Shown: positions 38,901 to 48,914 of the stretch, one piece after another | How positions within the stretch are numbered: position 1 is the first letter of the stretch | How the letters are laid out: every line of letters begins with the position of its first letter | Source: Psilocybe cubensis | Lineage: Eukaryota | NCBI GenBank assembly: GCA_017499595.2 | Contig: CM039001.1 | Span: forward strand, 3,596,001 to 3,660,000 | Direction: 5' to 3' | DNA: 64,000 nt | Made by a program: the position numbers and the translations under genes | The notes under the pieces: model-generated | Database searches by the model: none | Seen by the model: only the letters and a program-made list of their open reading frames with translations | Told to the model about the DNA's origin: nothing

Positions 38901-41900
38901 CCGTCGCTGACCACACAGACTGCCCGCCTTCAATCCCTACACCTGTCCGCACCGTCCTGTGCAACTTGCGCCGATTACGCAGCACGCCTTGGCGAACCGA
39001 GAGCCTGCTCAAATCCTGGGCCCCAAAGGAGCGTTGGGACGACATTGACGATGATCTGATTGCTGCTCTTTGCGATCTCCCCTGGACCGACGCCGCCAAA
39101 GTCCTCCAGCAGCTCAAGAAGCCCCGCGACTACATCTCCCGCATGGGGAGTAAATGCCTTGACATTCCAATGTCGGCTGCACCCCCAGGCTCGACCTCTT
39201 TGGTGTCGCTGAAAGCGCTCTTAGACAGCGGTGCCACTGGTTGTTACGTGCACTCCGATTTTGTCAAACTCAATGGATGGGTGACTGAGCGGCTGCCCCA
39301 CCCCGTTAGCGTTTACAATGCAGACGGAACTCGCAATGCCAACGGTGCTATCACAGATGTTGTTTACCTTGTCATCCGCATTGAAAACCATGTTGAGCGA
39401 CTCCGCCTTTCAGTCACCAACACGGGATCATCTTCCCTCATCCTCGGGCACTCCTGGCTCTGGTTCCATAATCCGCTTGTTGACTGGCGAGAGGCCAAGC
39501 TCTGCTTTGCACGCTGCCCCACGTCCTGTGGTGCTGACGTGCTGCCGACTTCGCACCCTGATGGCGAAACCGTGAATGTTTGCCGCGAAGGACCCCAGCT
39601 CCGTGAAGACGACATCTTTGATGACAGCCCGGGCCCCTTCACGCCGGTCTCTGCTGCGGAATGGGCTGACGCCTTTGCTGGTGAACTTGCCGATGGTGAA
39701 TCGATGTGCGCGGTTGACCTCAATGAGTTCACGTCCGAACAAGTCCATGGCTCATGCGACCACCGCATTTCTCACTTTTTGCGAACTCAACGTGAAGCAG
39801 CTTCATATCCCGACCGCTACCTGAAGGAATTTGCACCTGTTTTCTCCAAAGAGGAGTTTGACGAGCTCCCACCCCGTCGCCCATGGGATCATGCTATTAA
39901 CCTGAAACCAGATGCAAAGTCGTTCAAAGCAAAGCCGTACCGTCTGTCGCCCGCTGAAACCTCGAAGGTCAAGGAATGGATAGAAGAGGAAAAACGCACT
40001 GGCCGTATACGGGACTCCATCTCTCCCTATGCCGCCCCTTTCTTCTTCATCCAGAAAAAGGATGGCTCACTGCGCCCTGTGCAAGACTACCGACGCCTGA
40101 ACGATATCACGATCAAGAACCGCTATCCATTGCCGCTCATCTCTGACCTCATGGACAAGCTTAAAGGCGCGAAAGTATTCACCAAACTTGACGTCCGCTG
40201 GGGTTTCAATAACATTCGTATCAGGGAAGGCGATGAGCACAAGGCTGCCTTTATCACGGAGTTTGGACTTTTTGAGCCTCTTGTAATGTTCTTTGGATTG
40301 ACAAACTCACCAGCTACCTTCCAGAATATGATGAACGATCTGTTCAAGGATCTCATTGCTGGCGGCCATGTCGTGATATATATGGATGACATCCTCATCT
40401 TCACTGATGATGTCCAGTCCCATCGACATCTTGTCCGCAATGTCTTGCAGATTCTGGAGGACAACAAGCTTTATCTGCGGCCAGAAAAGTGCTGTTTTGA
40501 GCAGGACCGTGTGGAATACTTGGGCGTCATTGTCGGCCACGGGAAAATGTCCATGGATCCCAAGAAAGTTGACGCTATCACCTCTTGGCCAATCCCGCGC
40601 TGTCGTAAGGACGTCCAACAGTTCCTCGGTTTCGTCAACTTCTACCGTAGGTTTATCAAGAACTTCTCCCGCATTGCCGCTCCCCTGCATGCCCTGGGTG
40701 GTTCGGCGCCTTGGGTATGGGACAATTTGTCAACATCCGCCTTCAACGAGCTCAAATCCGCCTGCGCTTCACACCCGGTGCTACTTCTTCCCCGCGACGG
40801 TGCCCCATTCCGCATAGAGGCAGACAGCTCTGGATACGCAACCGGCGCGGTGCTCAGCCAATTTGTTGACAATTCCTGGCAACCGGTCGCGTTTGCTTCA
40901 AAAGCCCTCAGTCCCGTTGAGCGCAACTACGAGATACATGACCGCGAACTACTGTCAATCATGAGGTCTCTCGATGACTGGCGACGCTACCTCCACGGCT
41001 CCGATTCTCCTGTTGAGATCCACACCGATCACAAGAACCTTCAGTATTTCATGACCGCTCAGAAATTGAACCGTCGTCAGGCTCGCTGGTCCCTGCAGCT
41101 CGCTGAATTCGATTTCGTACTCGTCCACAAGCCAGGCCCGACCATGATCTGCGCAGACTCGTTGTCCCGCCGCCCCGACTACGATAAAGGTGTTGGCGAC
41201 AACGAAAACGTCACCTTACTGCGCCCAGAACACATTCGACGTACTGCTGAATGCTCAATTGGGGATGACCCCGTCCTGGCTGACATTCGAACTCACCAGC
41301 ACCAAATCACTGAAATGTGGGAAAAGCACAAGAACCTGCCTGGCTGGTCCCTCCACGACGGCTTGCTTTCATGGCATAACCGAATCTTTGTGCCAAACAA
41401 AGGCAACTTGCGTCAACGAATACTCGCCGACTGTCATGATCACCAATCCGTAGGCCACCCTGGCCGGATGAAGACCATGGAACTCGTCCTGCGCGACTAT
41501 TGGTGGCCGTCACTATCAAAAGACGCGAAGCGTTACGTTGATGGATGCCCCACCTGTCAATCAACTAAGCCTCTGAGGATGGCGCCCGCGGGCCTACTGA
41601 CCCCCAACGAAATCCCTTCCTCCAATTGGGAGATCATTTCCTGTGATCTCATCGTGGACTTACCTAAATCTCGCGGCTTCGATTCGATCTTTGTCGTCGT
41701 CGATAGACTCTCAAAAATGGTTCGTATCATCCCATGCAAAAAGTCAATCACTTCTGAGGGTCTCGCGCGCCTCTTCCGCGACCATGTCTGGAAAGACTTC
41801 GGACTGCCACGACGCATCATCTCCGACCGTGGTTCAATCTTCCTGTCAAACTTTACTCGGGCCCTCAACGACCTGCTAGGCATTTCACAGAACGCGTCCA

Positions 41901-43869
41901 CCGCATTTCGACCTCAAACAGACGGACAAACTGAGCGCGTCAATCAAGAAATCGAACAATACCTACGGATCTTTGTGAATAACAGGCAAAATGATTGGGT
42001 GGAATGGCTTGCATGCGCCGAATTTGCTATCAACAATAAGATTCACTCGTCCACTGGCTTCTCGCCCTTCTTCCTAAACTATGGCTCCAACCCCCGCCGA
42101 ACCCTGCAACCCGCACGCCTCTCGGACGACCGTGTCCCCAAAGCTCTTGAATTCGCCTCTCAAATGGATTCCCTCGCGAAGGAATCCGCTTCAGCGCTAA
42201 ACCTCGCCGCTGATGCAATGAAGCGATCCTATGACACCTCTCACCGCGCTCCACCCGTCTTCAATGTTGGCGACATGGTGATGCTCAGCGCCTCCGACAT
42301 CAAGTCCTCACGTCCGTCTAAAAAGCTCGATGTTAAGCGTCACGGACCTTTTCCTGTGACGAAACGCGTTGGCATCCAGTCTTACACCCTCGACCTACCG
42401 GCCTCGTGGTCGATCCACCCTACTTTCCATGTCTCTAAACTCTCCCGTTTCATACCAGCAGAATTCGATTCCCAAACTTCACCCGCGACACCAACACCTC
42501 CCCCCGCGTTACCACCCCCAGACATTGCAAGTGTGCTCGGCCACAGGGCCCTGCGCAGTGGAACACAGTTCCTCGTGCTGCTCGATGGCTGCACAGAGGA
42601 AGACGCTTCGTGGTCAAGCCACTCATCCTTCCCTAACTCTGAAGTACTAAACAATTACATACGCCTCCACAACATCCCGGACGCCCACCTTTAAGAGGGG
42701 GGTGATGTTAGAGTTCCCTCTAACGTAGACACACACACGTGCCTGTAGTCACATATCACACAGTATTTGTAGACACACCCGTAGCTACGTAGCCTCAGTT
42801 CCTTCTTTGTTAGCACACCCAACACGTTCTGGTCCTTCGTCTCTCTCTCCCGCCTCGTCTCCGGGTCTCCTCCTAACACTAAAAGAAAATAACCTATACA
42901 GTACCGAGGACTAGGACGAATGTTGCCAGACCCTGATTCAGTAGCATTGTCACAAGAGGCGTTCGCGATTTCCCTGTGCGGTGCCTCAAAATTAATCCAG
43001 CGAGCATAGCTATAACCAACACCATTTGTCCGAATATGGCACCAGCACTGGGTTTCAGTGAACAATTAGAGTCGATGCCTTCATGTATGGTAGTGTAGCC
43101 GCACATACCAGAAATAGTATATACCCACGTTCTTCAGACCCTGCCCACTGCACCCTAACGGACTCGTAGTCATGGCAATAAAATTTCCACTACCGTGTAG
43201 TTCCAACGAAATGGAAACGGTGAAAACACCAAAAAATAACCATTTGATTCTGGTACTTTGATTATACAACGCAAAAACTAGGTCAAATTACTATCGGATT
43301 AATTCCACATTCAATCCAAGTACTCACCTCTCAAAATCATCACCACCTCCATAAGAAAGACTCCCAACTGAACGACAACGCTTTGGGAGACTAACGCCTT
43401 CCTACACAACGTTTGGTCTTGTGGCGCATAGTCAAAAAAATCCATGGAGAGCACATGATTCACCCTGAATTTATATGATTATCAAAATCGTCTATGCAGT
43501 TCTTAAGCAGAAAAGATAGTAACGTACACTTGACCCAACAACATCAAATAGCGCGAACAGCTATATAGAATTTTTACTGCCCCAAATTTGCCTCTGGTAT
43601 CAGCCAATCCGCCATGAGATAGGTACATTGATTACAATAGGATAATTCGTACCTCCAGAGATACTCAACCTCTTCCGGGAAGCATATGATGGTTTCCCAG
43701 ACTTGGACAGTCAATGAAGCCACTGAAACGTTAACTAAGTAGAGGATACGAGAATATGGAGTTGATAGAGTTGATACTCACAAATAGCCCAACTAGCTGG
43801 GTCTTGAACAAGTCTTCCAAAATGCTTGTGCTCGTCCAAGGAAATTTCAAGCATGAATAGTTTAGTCAT
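35986..43869 (-). CDS. DUF6533-type membrane protein, copy A' (inverted paralog of A), with a Ty3/Gypsy element in an intron
   Basis: MTKLFMLEISLDEHKHFGRLVQDPASWA start at 43869; exons to LLNQGLATFVLVL at 42905; intron 42904-36417 contains the LTR element; last exon TCRILLQMWKL...SK. Whether it still splices is unknown. Confidence 0.78.
36453..36625 (+). repeat. 5' LTR of element 1
   Basis: TGTTAGAG...CCTAACA; no difference from 42706-42878 seen by eye. Confidence 0.97.
37269..38453 (+). CDS. gag: Gag of element 1
   Basis: Retrotransposon gag motifs PGAFDGS, WSDFEERVKDSF, QCFKMAL; CCHC knuckle CFNCGVFGHFMRVC. Confidence 0.95.
   Translation: MPPGKSKGRSVSPRRGRDGSDDDTVSRIDPAIIALIKASQESNKETMKDILELSRIQAETMFKSFLALPQLQTSTHSSATTSTARSGDSRAYKVPFPGAFDGSSDTVEDLLASWRNFFHSDPEAYKTTDSKVRTALSSFKTGTPAVWRNQLIEELESGQCVLTNWSDFEERVKDSFLFHFSQQRAAREIMCIRQNSTPTQEFIIIFENLAFRSKFNDEALIQCFKMALDKRIMEEIGRTHREMPTFAEWKSAAILMAHRLRETDATVTPVVNTTATWRPPPSFTSTPSTVQKSSNPRPAAPAPNATLPANISAAPNRRAALPCFNCGVFGHFMRVCPKPKDLEFQRKSRAKLERARAVLECFDALPDDDKHEIRCVDVDESALFDDSDFVSCVE
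38429..42694 (+). CDS. pol: Pol of element 1 (PR-RT-RH-IN-chromo-like), in the -1 frame relative to gag
   Basis: LLDSGA protease, YMDDILI RT, EADSSGYA/TDHKNL RNase H, HHCC and DDE integrase (CDLIVDLP, ISDRG, QTDGQTERVNQEIE), GPF motif; slippery G GAT TTT at 38429-38435. Confidence 0.96.
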   Translation, partial: GFCFLRRVSSTSSPLLYNNPVITPKLHVALSPKSVPLPVLPVYATPQPSLSNSVLTPDKPSSSTTSPNSDYPTPTLLPAHPQPPTMAPDCIPYSDLFLSCPEDDPPELQAPDASDDSDEDSPTKPAQQTSAHDDASVSMTHDASPPPAPRDSLLCSPPVADHTDCPPSIPTPVRTVLCNLRRLRSTPWRTESLLKSWAPKERWDDIDDDLIAALCDLPWTDAAKVLQQLKKPRDYISRMGSKCLDIPMSAAPPGSTSLVSLKALLDSGATGCYVHSDFVKLNGWVTERLPHPVSVYNADGTRNANGAITDVVYLVIRIENHVERLRLSVTNTGSSSLILGHSWLWFHNPLVDWREAKLCFARCPTSCGADVLPTSHPDGETVNVCREGPQLREDDIFDDSPGPFTPVSAAEWADAFAGELADGESMCAVDLNEFTSEQVHGSCDHRISHFLRTQREAASYPDRYLKEFAPVFSKEEFDELPPRRPWDHAINLKPDAKSFKAKPYRLSPAETSKVKEWIEEEKRTGRIRDSISPYAAPFFFIQKKDGSLRPVQDYRRLNDITIKNRYPLPLISDLMDKLKGAKVFTKLDVRWGFNNIRIREGDEHKAAFITEFGLFEPLVMFFGLTNSPATFQNMMNDLFKDLIAGGHVVIYMDDILIFTDDVQSHRHLVRNVLQILEDNKLYLRPEKCCFEQDRVEYLGVIVGHGKMSMDPKKVDAITSWPIPRCRKDVQQFLGFVNFYRRFIKNFSRIAAPLHALGGSAPWVWDNLSTSAFNELKSACASHPVLLLPRDGAPFRIEADSSGYATGAVLSQFVDNSWQPVAFASKALSPVERNYEIHDRELLSIMRSLDDWRRYLHGSDSPVEIHTDHKNLQYFMTAQKLNRRQARWSLQLAEFDFVLVHKPGPTMICADSLSRRPDYDKGVGDNENVTLLRPEHIRRTAECSIGDDPVLADIRTHQHQITEMWEKHKNLPGWSLHDGLLSWHNRIFVPNKGNLRQRILADCHDHQSVGHPGRMKTMELVLRDYWWPSLSKDAKRYVDGCPTCQSTKPLRMAPAGLLTPNEIPSSNWEIISCDLIVDLPKSRGFDSIFVVVDRLSKMVRIIPCKKSITSEGLARLFRDHVWKDFGLPRRIISDRGSIFLSNFTRALNDLLGISQNASTAFRPQTDGQTERVNQEIEQYLRIFVNNRQNDWVEWLACAEFAINNKIHSSTGFSPFFLNYGSNPRRTLQPARLSDDRVPKALEFASQMDSLAKESASALNLAADAMKRSYDTSHRAPPVFNVGDMVMLSASDIKSSRPSKKLDVKRHGPFPVTKRVGIQSYTLDLPASWSIHPTFHVSKLSRFIPAEFDSQTSPATPTPPPALPPPDIASVLGHRALRSGTQFLVLLDGCTEEDASWSSHSSFPNSEVLNNYIRLHNIPDAHL
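42706..42878 (+). repeat. 3' LTR of element 1
   Basis: Direct repeat of 36453-36625, preceded by the PPT. Confidence 0.97.
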
Positions 43870-44672
43870 CGCCAACTGTAGACTGAGTCGACAATAGCAC
43901 GCAGAGAAAAGGTGTGAACTTACTGAGCGCTATATCGGGCAGCTTATATATGATGCTCCAGGAGTCAGGGCAGAGAGCACCGAAGCATTGTCATTATTCA
44001 ATACAACCCTTGAGTTTGACAACATCAAACGTTTCCCGCAAGAGAATTAACAGCCGTCTTACCGAAATTGTGACATCCGTAGCCCATTATGTTGCAATTT
44101 AAGACCTTCATATCATGTTACTATCAAACTTGCGACAAAGAAGCAGGGGAGCAGTATGGAGACTTGAATGCGATATAGAATTTTCAAAAATTTGAAAGAC
44201 ATTTCGCAGGGGCATGCGAGTCTATGACGCCTCGTCATCAATCCGATAGACTGGTCGTCGTTAGCCGTTGTGAGTTGTCGAATCACCGTCTTCTCCAACA
44301 ATGTGGGCAACCTAAGTGCCCCGGTGTCCATCGTTTTGTTCCACAAAGAGCGAATAGCGGCGTTAGCGTCTGTCTGTCCAATTATACCTGTAACCGGTCT
44401 GTATAAGAAGTAGTCAGGATAGTCACGAGGCTACTGTCCAACGTGGAGACTCGAGAATCCGAAATCGAGGTATATGGCGCCTCTGGTTTGTGGGTAACTG
44501 TTGTCCTTTTGTATTCGTCAGCACGGACTACGCTAAGAGTTCGGCTTCGTTGGGGAACAAATTAATTGAATCTCCGACAGATCATCGACATCGATCAATT
44601 GATGGCACGAGCGCTTCGAACTTGTAATTTCGGCCGAAGCAATTGTCACAGCCTGCAACATCCTCACCTATA

Positions 44673-44886
44673 CACTGCTGGCGCTGATACATATTTGATA
44701 GAAAAATATGTATCGGTAATTATGTTTCCTATTGGTTTTTGACGTATTTTACTGGAATATAGGCTTCGGGCTTCCCTAATTGGGTAACCCCGGACTCTAT
44801 ATACGAGAAAAATATGTCAAAAACCAACAGGAAACATAATTACCAATACATATTTTTCTATCAAATATGTATCAGCGCCAGCAGTG
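44673..44886. mobile_element. 214-bp MITE with CACTG...CAGTG termini (CACTA/CMC-type ends)
   Basis: 78-bp TIRs (44673-44750 and 44809-44886) with 3 transition mismatches; 3-bp TSD ATA (44670-44672 and 44887-44889). Confidence 0.92.
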
Positions 44887-45505
44887 ATAGCTACTCACTT
44901 ACATCCCGACGTCAACCATTTATGTAGCAGCATTGGGTATAGTATTGATTTGGAAACTCTATGAAATATCAATAGATGGACACTATTATAAATTCAAAAA
45001 GAGAAAATCTCAGATAGCTCCTGGTTTATCGACGCATTTTTGCCATTTTGATGGTCCTGGCGCCCACGATGCTTTAAGCCACTCGGTATCCCACCGTCTA
45101 GACGTTTATTCTATATTAGGTTAAAAGAACAAAGGCAAGTCACTGGGGTCGACACACACACACACACCGTTTCCCAGGCGTCCGCGTCATGCTTTATTGG
45201 TCATCGTCATCTTTACTCGTTCCCTTGTTTTTCCCACCTTTCTTTTCGGTCCATTGCCTGTTTCTATGGCGCACTTAAGGCCTTGGAAGACGATAATATA
45301 ACCTATCAGAAGGTAAGCATCATCGCACCGCTCCTTGATCCGCAACTACCACCTCCAGCACATTTCCCACGCACCTAGAGCGCGAAGGGACTGTCTGACG
45401 GGCGTATTAGCTGTCGAGTAGAGTAATTAACCAAACATAACACGTACCTAAAAGTACTCAAACCCAACCCAACCCAAAAATCACCCACACCCATTAAACT
45501 TGTCA

Positions 45506-47143
45506 ATGAATGTCACCTCCGGCACGGCGCGTGCCAAAAAGACAACCACGGGAATCTCTCCCACGCCGGGTCAGAGTGACGCTGCTTCGGCCGATAGGGC
45601 GACCAGGAGCAAGGGGACTGTAGTCAATGAGGACCTCCAGCAAGTCCAGAACGCGAAGGGAGGACGTACAATCTTGGAGGAACACCAGTTGTTGGTGCCA
45701 GCTGGACAGAGTCTCACGGCGCACCGGGCCGCCGCTTGCCTGTTTCAGATAGCACAGATGTCGAACAAAACTCCGCCCGTCGTGGTCTAAGCCATGAGGG
45801 GACTGGCGTTCATGCTAGAGGACATGGAGCTCCCGCTCGCGACTCAAACCTACCACGACGGATTCGGCGAAGAACTGGCAACTTTCACAAACGAAATCAA
45901 GTCCTTAGTCCAACACGCGCAAGACAAAGTGGATCAGAAACTTGACGAGATCAACAAGGCGACGGCTAATCTTATCAAGTCGGCTAGCGTGACCCCCCCG
46001 CGACAGCCCTCAAACAGCGGACCCTCATACAGCCAGGCCCTCTCGAAGGGCCTCACGTCGGTCAACCAGATCCTGGTACAAGCTAACGTGGCAACAAACC
46101 CCAGAATGTTGGCGCGACACGGCATTCGGGCTCGACAGTCCATGCTGGAAGGCATAAACAAAGATGCGAAAGTCGGCTCCATGGGGGATAGGGAGGCGAA
46201 AGACGCCATCAACAAGATCCTCCAGGCGCTCGAGCCGGAGGGTTCAGTAAGGATCCGGTCGGCAATAAAACAACGGAACGGAGGACTCCTGATCGAGTTT
46301 GACTCGGACTTTGGCGCGGCGTGGATGCGAGTGGAAGAGAACAGAGTCAACCTGTGCAAACAAATCGGAGACGACGTTACGACCAAGAAACGAACCTACG
46401 AGCTGATTGCCATGGGAGTCCCACTCACCGCTGAGCCCGAAGATGCAGACTTCCTGAGGGAGGTTGAGGAATCCAACAGAGTCGACGAGGGCACGATAGT
46501 CTCCATGCGCTGGGCCAAGAAGATCTCGAGGAGGGCGGTAGGTCAGAAGAGCGCGCATGTCATACTCACGGTCAACGATGCCAGCGAAGCCAACAGGCTA
46601 ATCGCCATCGGCATGTACATGGCTAACAAACGGGTGAGAGTACAAAAATGCAAAACTGACCCAATCCGCTGTCTCAAATGCCAGGGATACAATCACTTCG
46701 CGAAGGAATGCACCTCTAAGCACGACATTTGCGGCCACTGCGGAGAGAAGGGAGGACACCGCACTCCGGACTGCGAAAAGACGAAGACTTACTGCGTATC
46801 CTGCGACGCCGACGACCATCCCAGTTACGATCGTACATGCCCGGTCTTCATCAAGAAAATTGCAGAAAAGGACGAGCGTACCCCCGAAAACAAGCTGCCA
46901 TTCATCCCGACGGACGAGCCCTGGACATGGAGCATGGACACGAACGCAGCGCCAGCGACTCTTCAAAAGAAAACACTGGCGCGAGGCCAATCTCCACGCT
47001 GGACGATAGAACCACCTGCAAACTCGCGAGGGTCAACGCTCAAGACACCTGAGCAGAGCCCTGAGCCCGAGGCCTCTCAGCAACCCAAAACGTCCAGAGT
47101 AACCTCGTCGGAGGCGAACCAAGCAGACGACGACGAAAACTAA
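45506..47143 (+). pseudogene. LINE ORF1 (gag-like, three zinc knuckles) with premature TAA at 45788-45790
   Basis: ORFs 45500..45790 and 45794..47143 share a frame across one TAA; CLKCQGYNHFAKEC, CGHCGEKGGHRTPDC, CVSCDADDHPSYDRTC. Confidence 0.9.
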
Positions 47144-47960
47144 AAGATGAGTAACACTCCCCCCCTTGAACAGTATATCCACCGAATAAAAATTCTGCAG
47201 ATAAACCTGAACAAGTCAGAAGTCGCGCACCTCGAGATTATGAACGCAAACCTAGGAAGCGAGTACGACATAGTACTCATCCAGGAACCTCATATCACAC
47301 ACTTCGGGAACATAAGGACGAGCGCCCACTTCCGCCCTATCTACCCAGTCGGATGAGCAGGGACGGCCACCACAAGGTCAGGCATCTGGGTCAACAAACG
47401 GCTGAACACAAGCCACTGGTGTGAAGTAGCGATTCCCGAATCGAACGACATAACTGCAATGAAACTCGAGTGCGAAAGAGGGACGATCTACATCTTCAAC
47501 GTCTACCACCCAGGGCGCACGGGGGGAACACTTCAAGCACTCCAGCGGTATCTCGATAGCCATCGCAGGCAACTACGCGAACCGAATACATTTCAGATCT
47601 GGGCGGGCGACTTCAACCAACACCATCCAATGTGGGACCGCGACGAGGACGACAGACTCTTCACACCTCAGGTGCTGGCGGAGGCCGATAGGCTGATCGA
47701 ACTCGTCGAGGAGAATGGGCTGTCAATGGCATTACCGAAAGGCTTGCCGACCCTTGAACACATGGTAACGAAAAAGCTGTCGAGACCTGACAACGTTTTC
47801 CTTACAGAGGCGCTGCTTGAACATGTCATCAAATGCAATGTCGATTACACCAACCGTCCTGCCAACACCGATCACTATCCGATAGTAGTCGAGATTGACG
47901 CTAGATGTAAGCGAGCCGACGCCACACTCGAGAGGAACTTCCGCACGACCAGTTGGGAAC

Positions 47961-48410
47961 TGTCAGGGTTTCTCCAGTTTCCCCTCTTTATCTTCACAGA
48001 ATTATCTTATCCTTTCATTATCTTATCAATTATCTGATTAGATAGTTTATTTCTTTCATCACAGCCTTTTTGCTCCACTTCTTTCTAGTAAATTCTATAT
48101 GATTCCTAGTCTTACTCATCCTTTTTCTATATGATGTCACTTTTATTCTTTAACCTTCCTTTATGATGTAATGTAGGGAATATTCTAGAATAGCTGTAAA
48201 GTATAAATACTGGACTTGTAGGTAGCTGTAGCTTCAGCTTCAATCTCTTAGGATATCCACTATCATTGGTGTGATCTCTTAGAATCATTGAATCTCTCTC
48301 ACACTCTTATTCTCTCTTTGCTCTCTTATTCTCCCTCTACTCTCTCTCTCTCTCCCTTGCTTGATCTTTGTTGGTGGCCTTGTCACACTGATTATAGTGT
48401 TGCCCTGACA
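47961..48410 (+). repeat. 5' LTR of element 2
   Basis: TGTCAGGG...CCCTGACA; TATAAATA at about 48202; two substitutions versus the 3' LTR seen by eye. Confidence 0.97.
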
Positions 48411-48914
48411 GAAGATTGAAGCTCTCTCAAGACAACTCCACCATCTCTTTTTCAACACCACACTCTTCACCTCTTCAACCTCTTCAACATCATCACCTCA
48501 ACCTTCTTCCTCCACTTCCAACCCACCAACCTCTTCATCAACCTCTTCACCAATCTTCTTACCAACCTCTACATCTCCACCAATCTTCAACATCCTCCTC
48601 AAGACCTTTCCTCAAGACCTTTCCTCAAGACCTTTGGCTCATCATCTTTCCTACTCTCTGTTGTGTGCTGTGTGTGAACTTAGTAGATAGGGATACCAAC
48701 TGTTGGGGCAGACACAGTCCTACTAGTGTTCTGTTTTTGGTGGTCTAGGAAATATCCAGTAACCCTGTGATCCTAGGTTTAGAGCCCTGAGTGGTGTGAC
48801 AACTGGGTATCCAGTAGATAGATATTTTTTTAGAATACTTAGTATAGTTTCAAGGGCACTTTTAGTAGATAGCTTCTCCCACACACACATCAGAGAGCCT
48901 ACCTACCCCTACCC

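Larger units (their letters stand above)
36453..42878 (+). mobile_element. Full-length Ty3/Gypsy LTR retrotransposon 1 (CpG-rich, degenerate chromodomain)
   Basis: 173-bp TG...CA LTRs, 5-bp TSD CTAAA (36448-36452 and 42879-42883), PPT AAGAGGGGGGTGA, intact gag and pol. Confidence 0.98.

Noticed and set aside
48416-48748. Upstream ORF in the element 2 leader
   Set aside because: It derives from C/A/T-rich simple repeats (CAACCTCTT, CAAGACCTTTCCT) that lack stops by composition; no protein-like signal.
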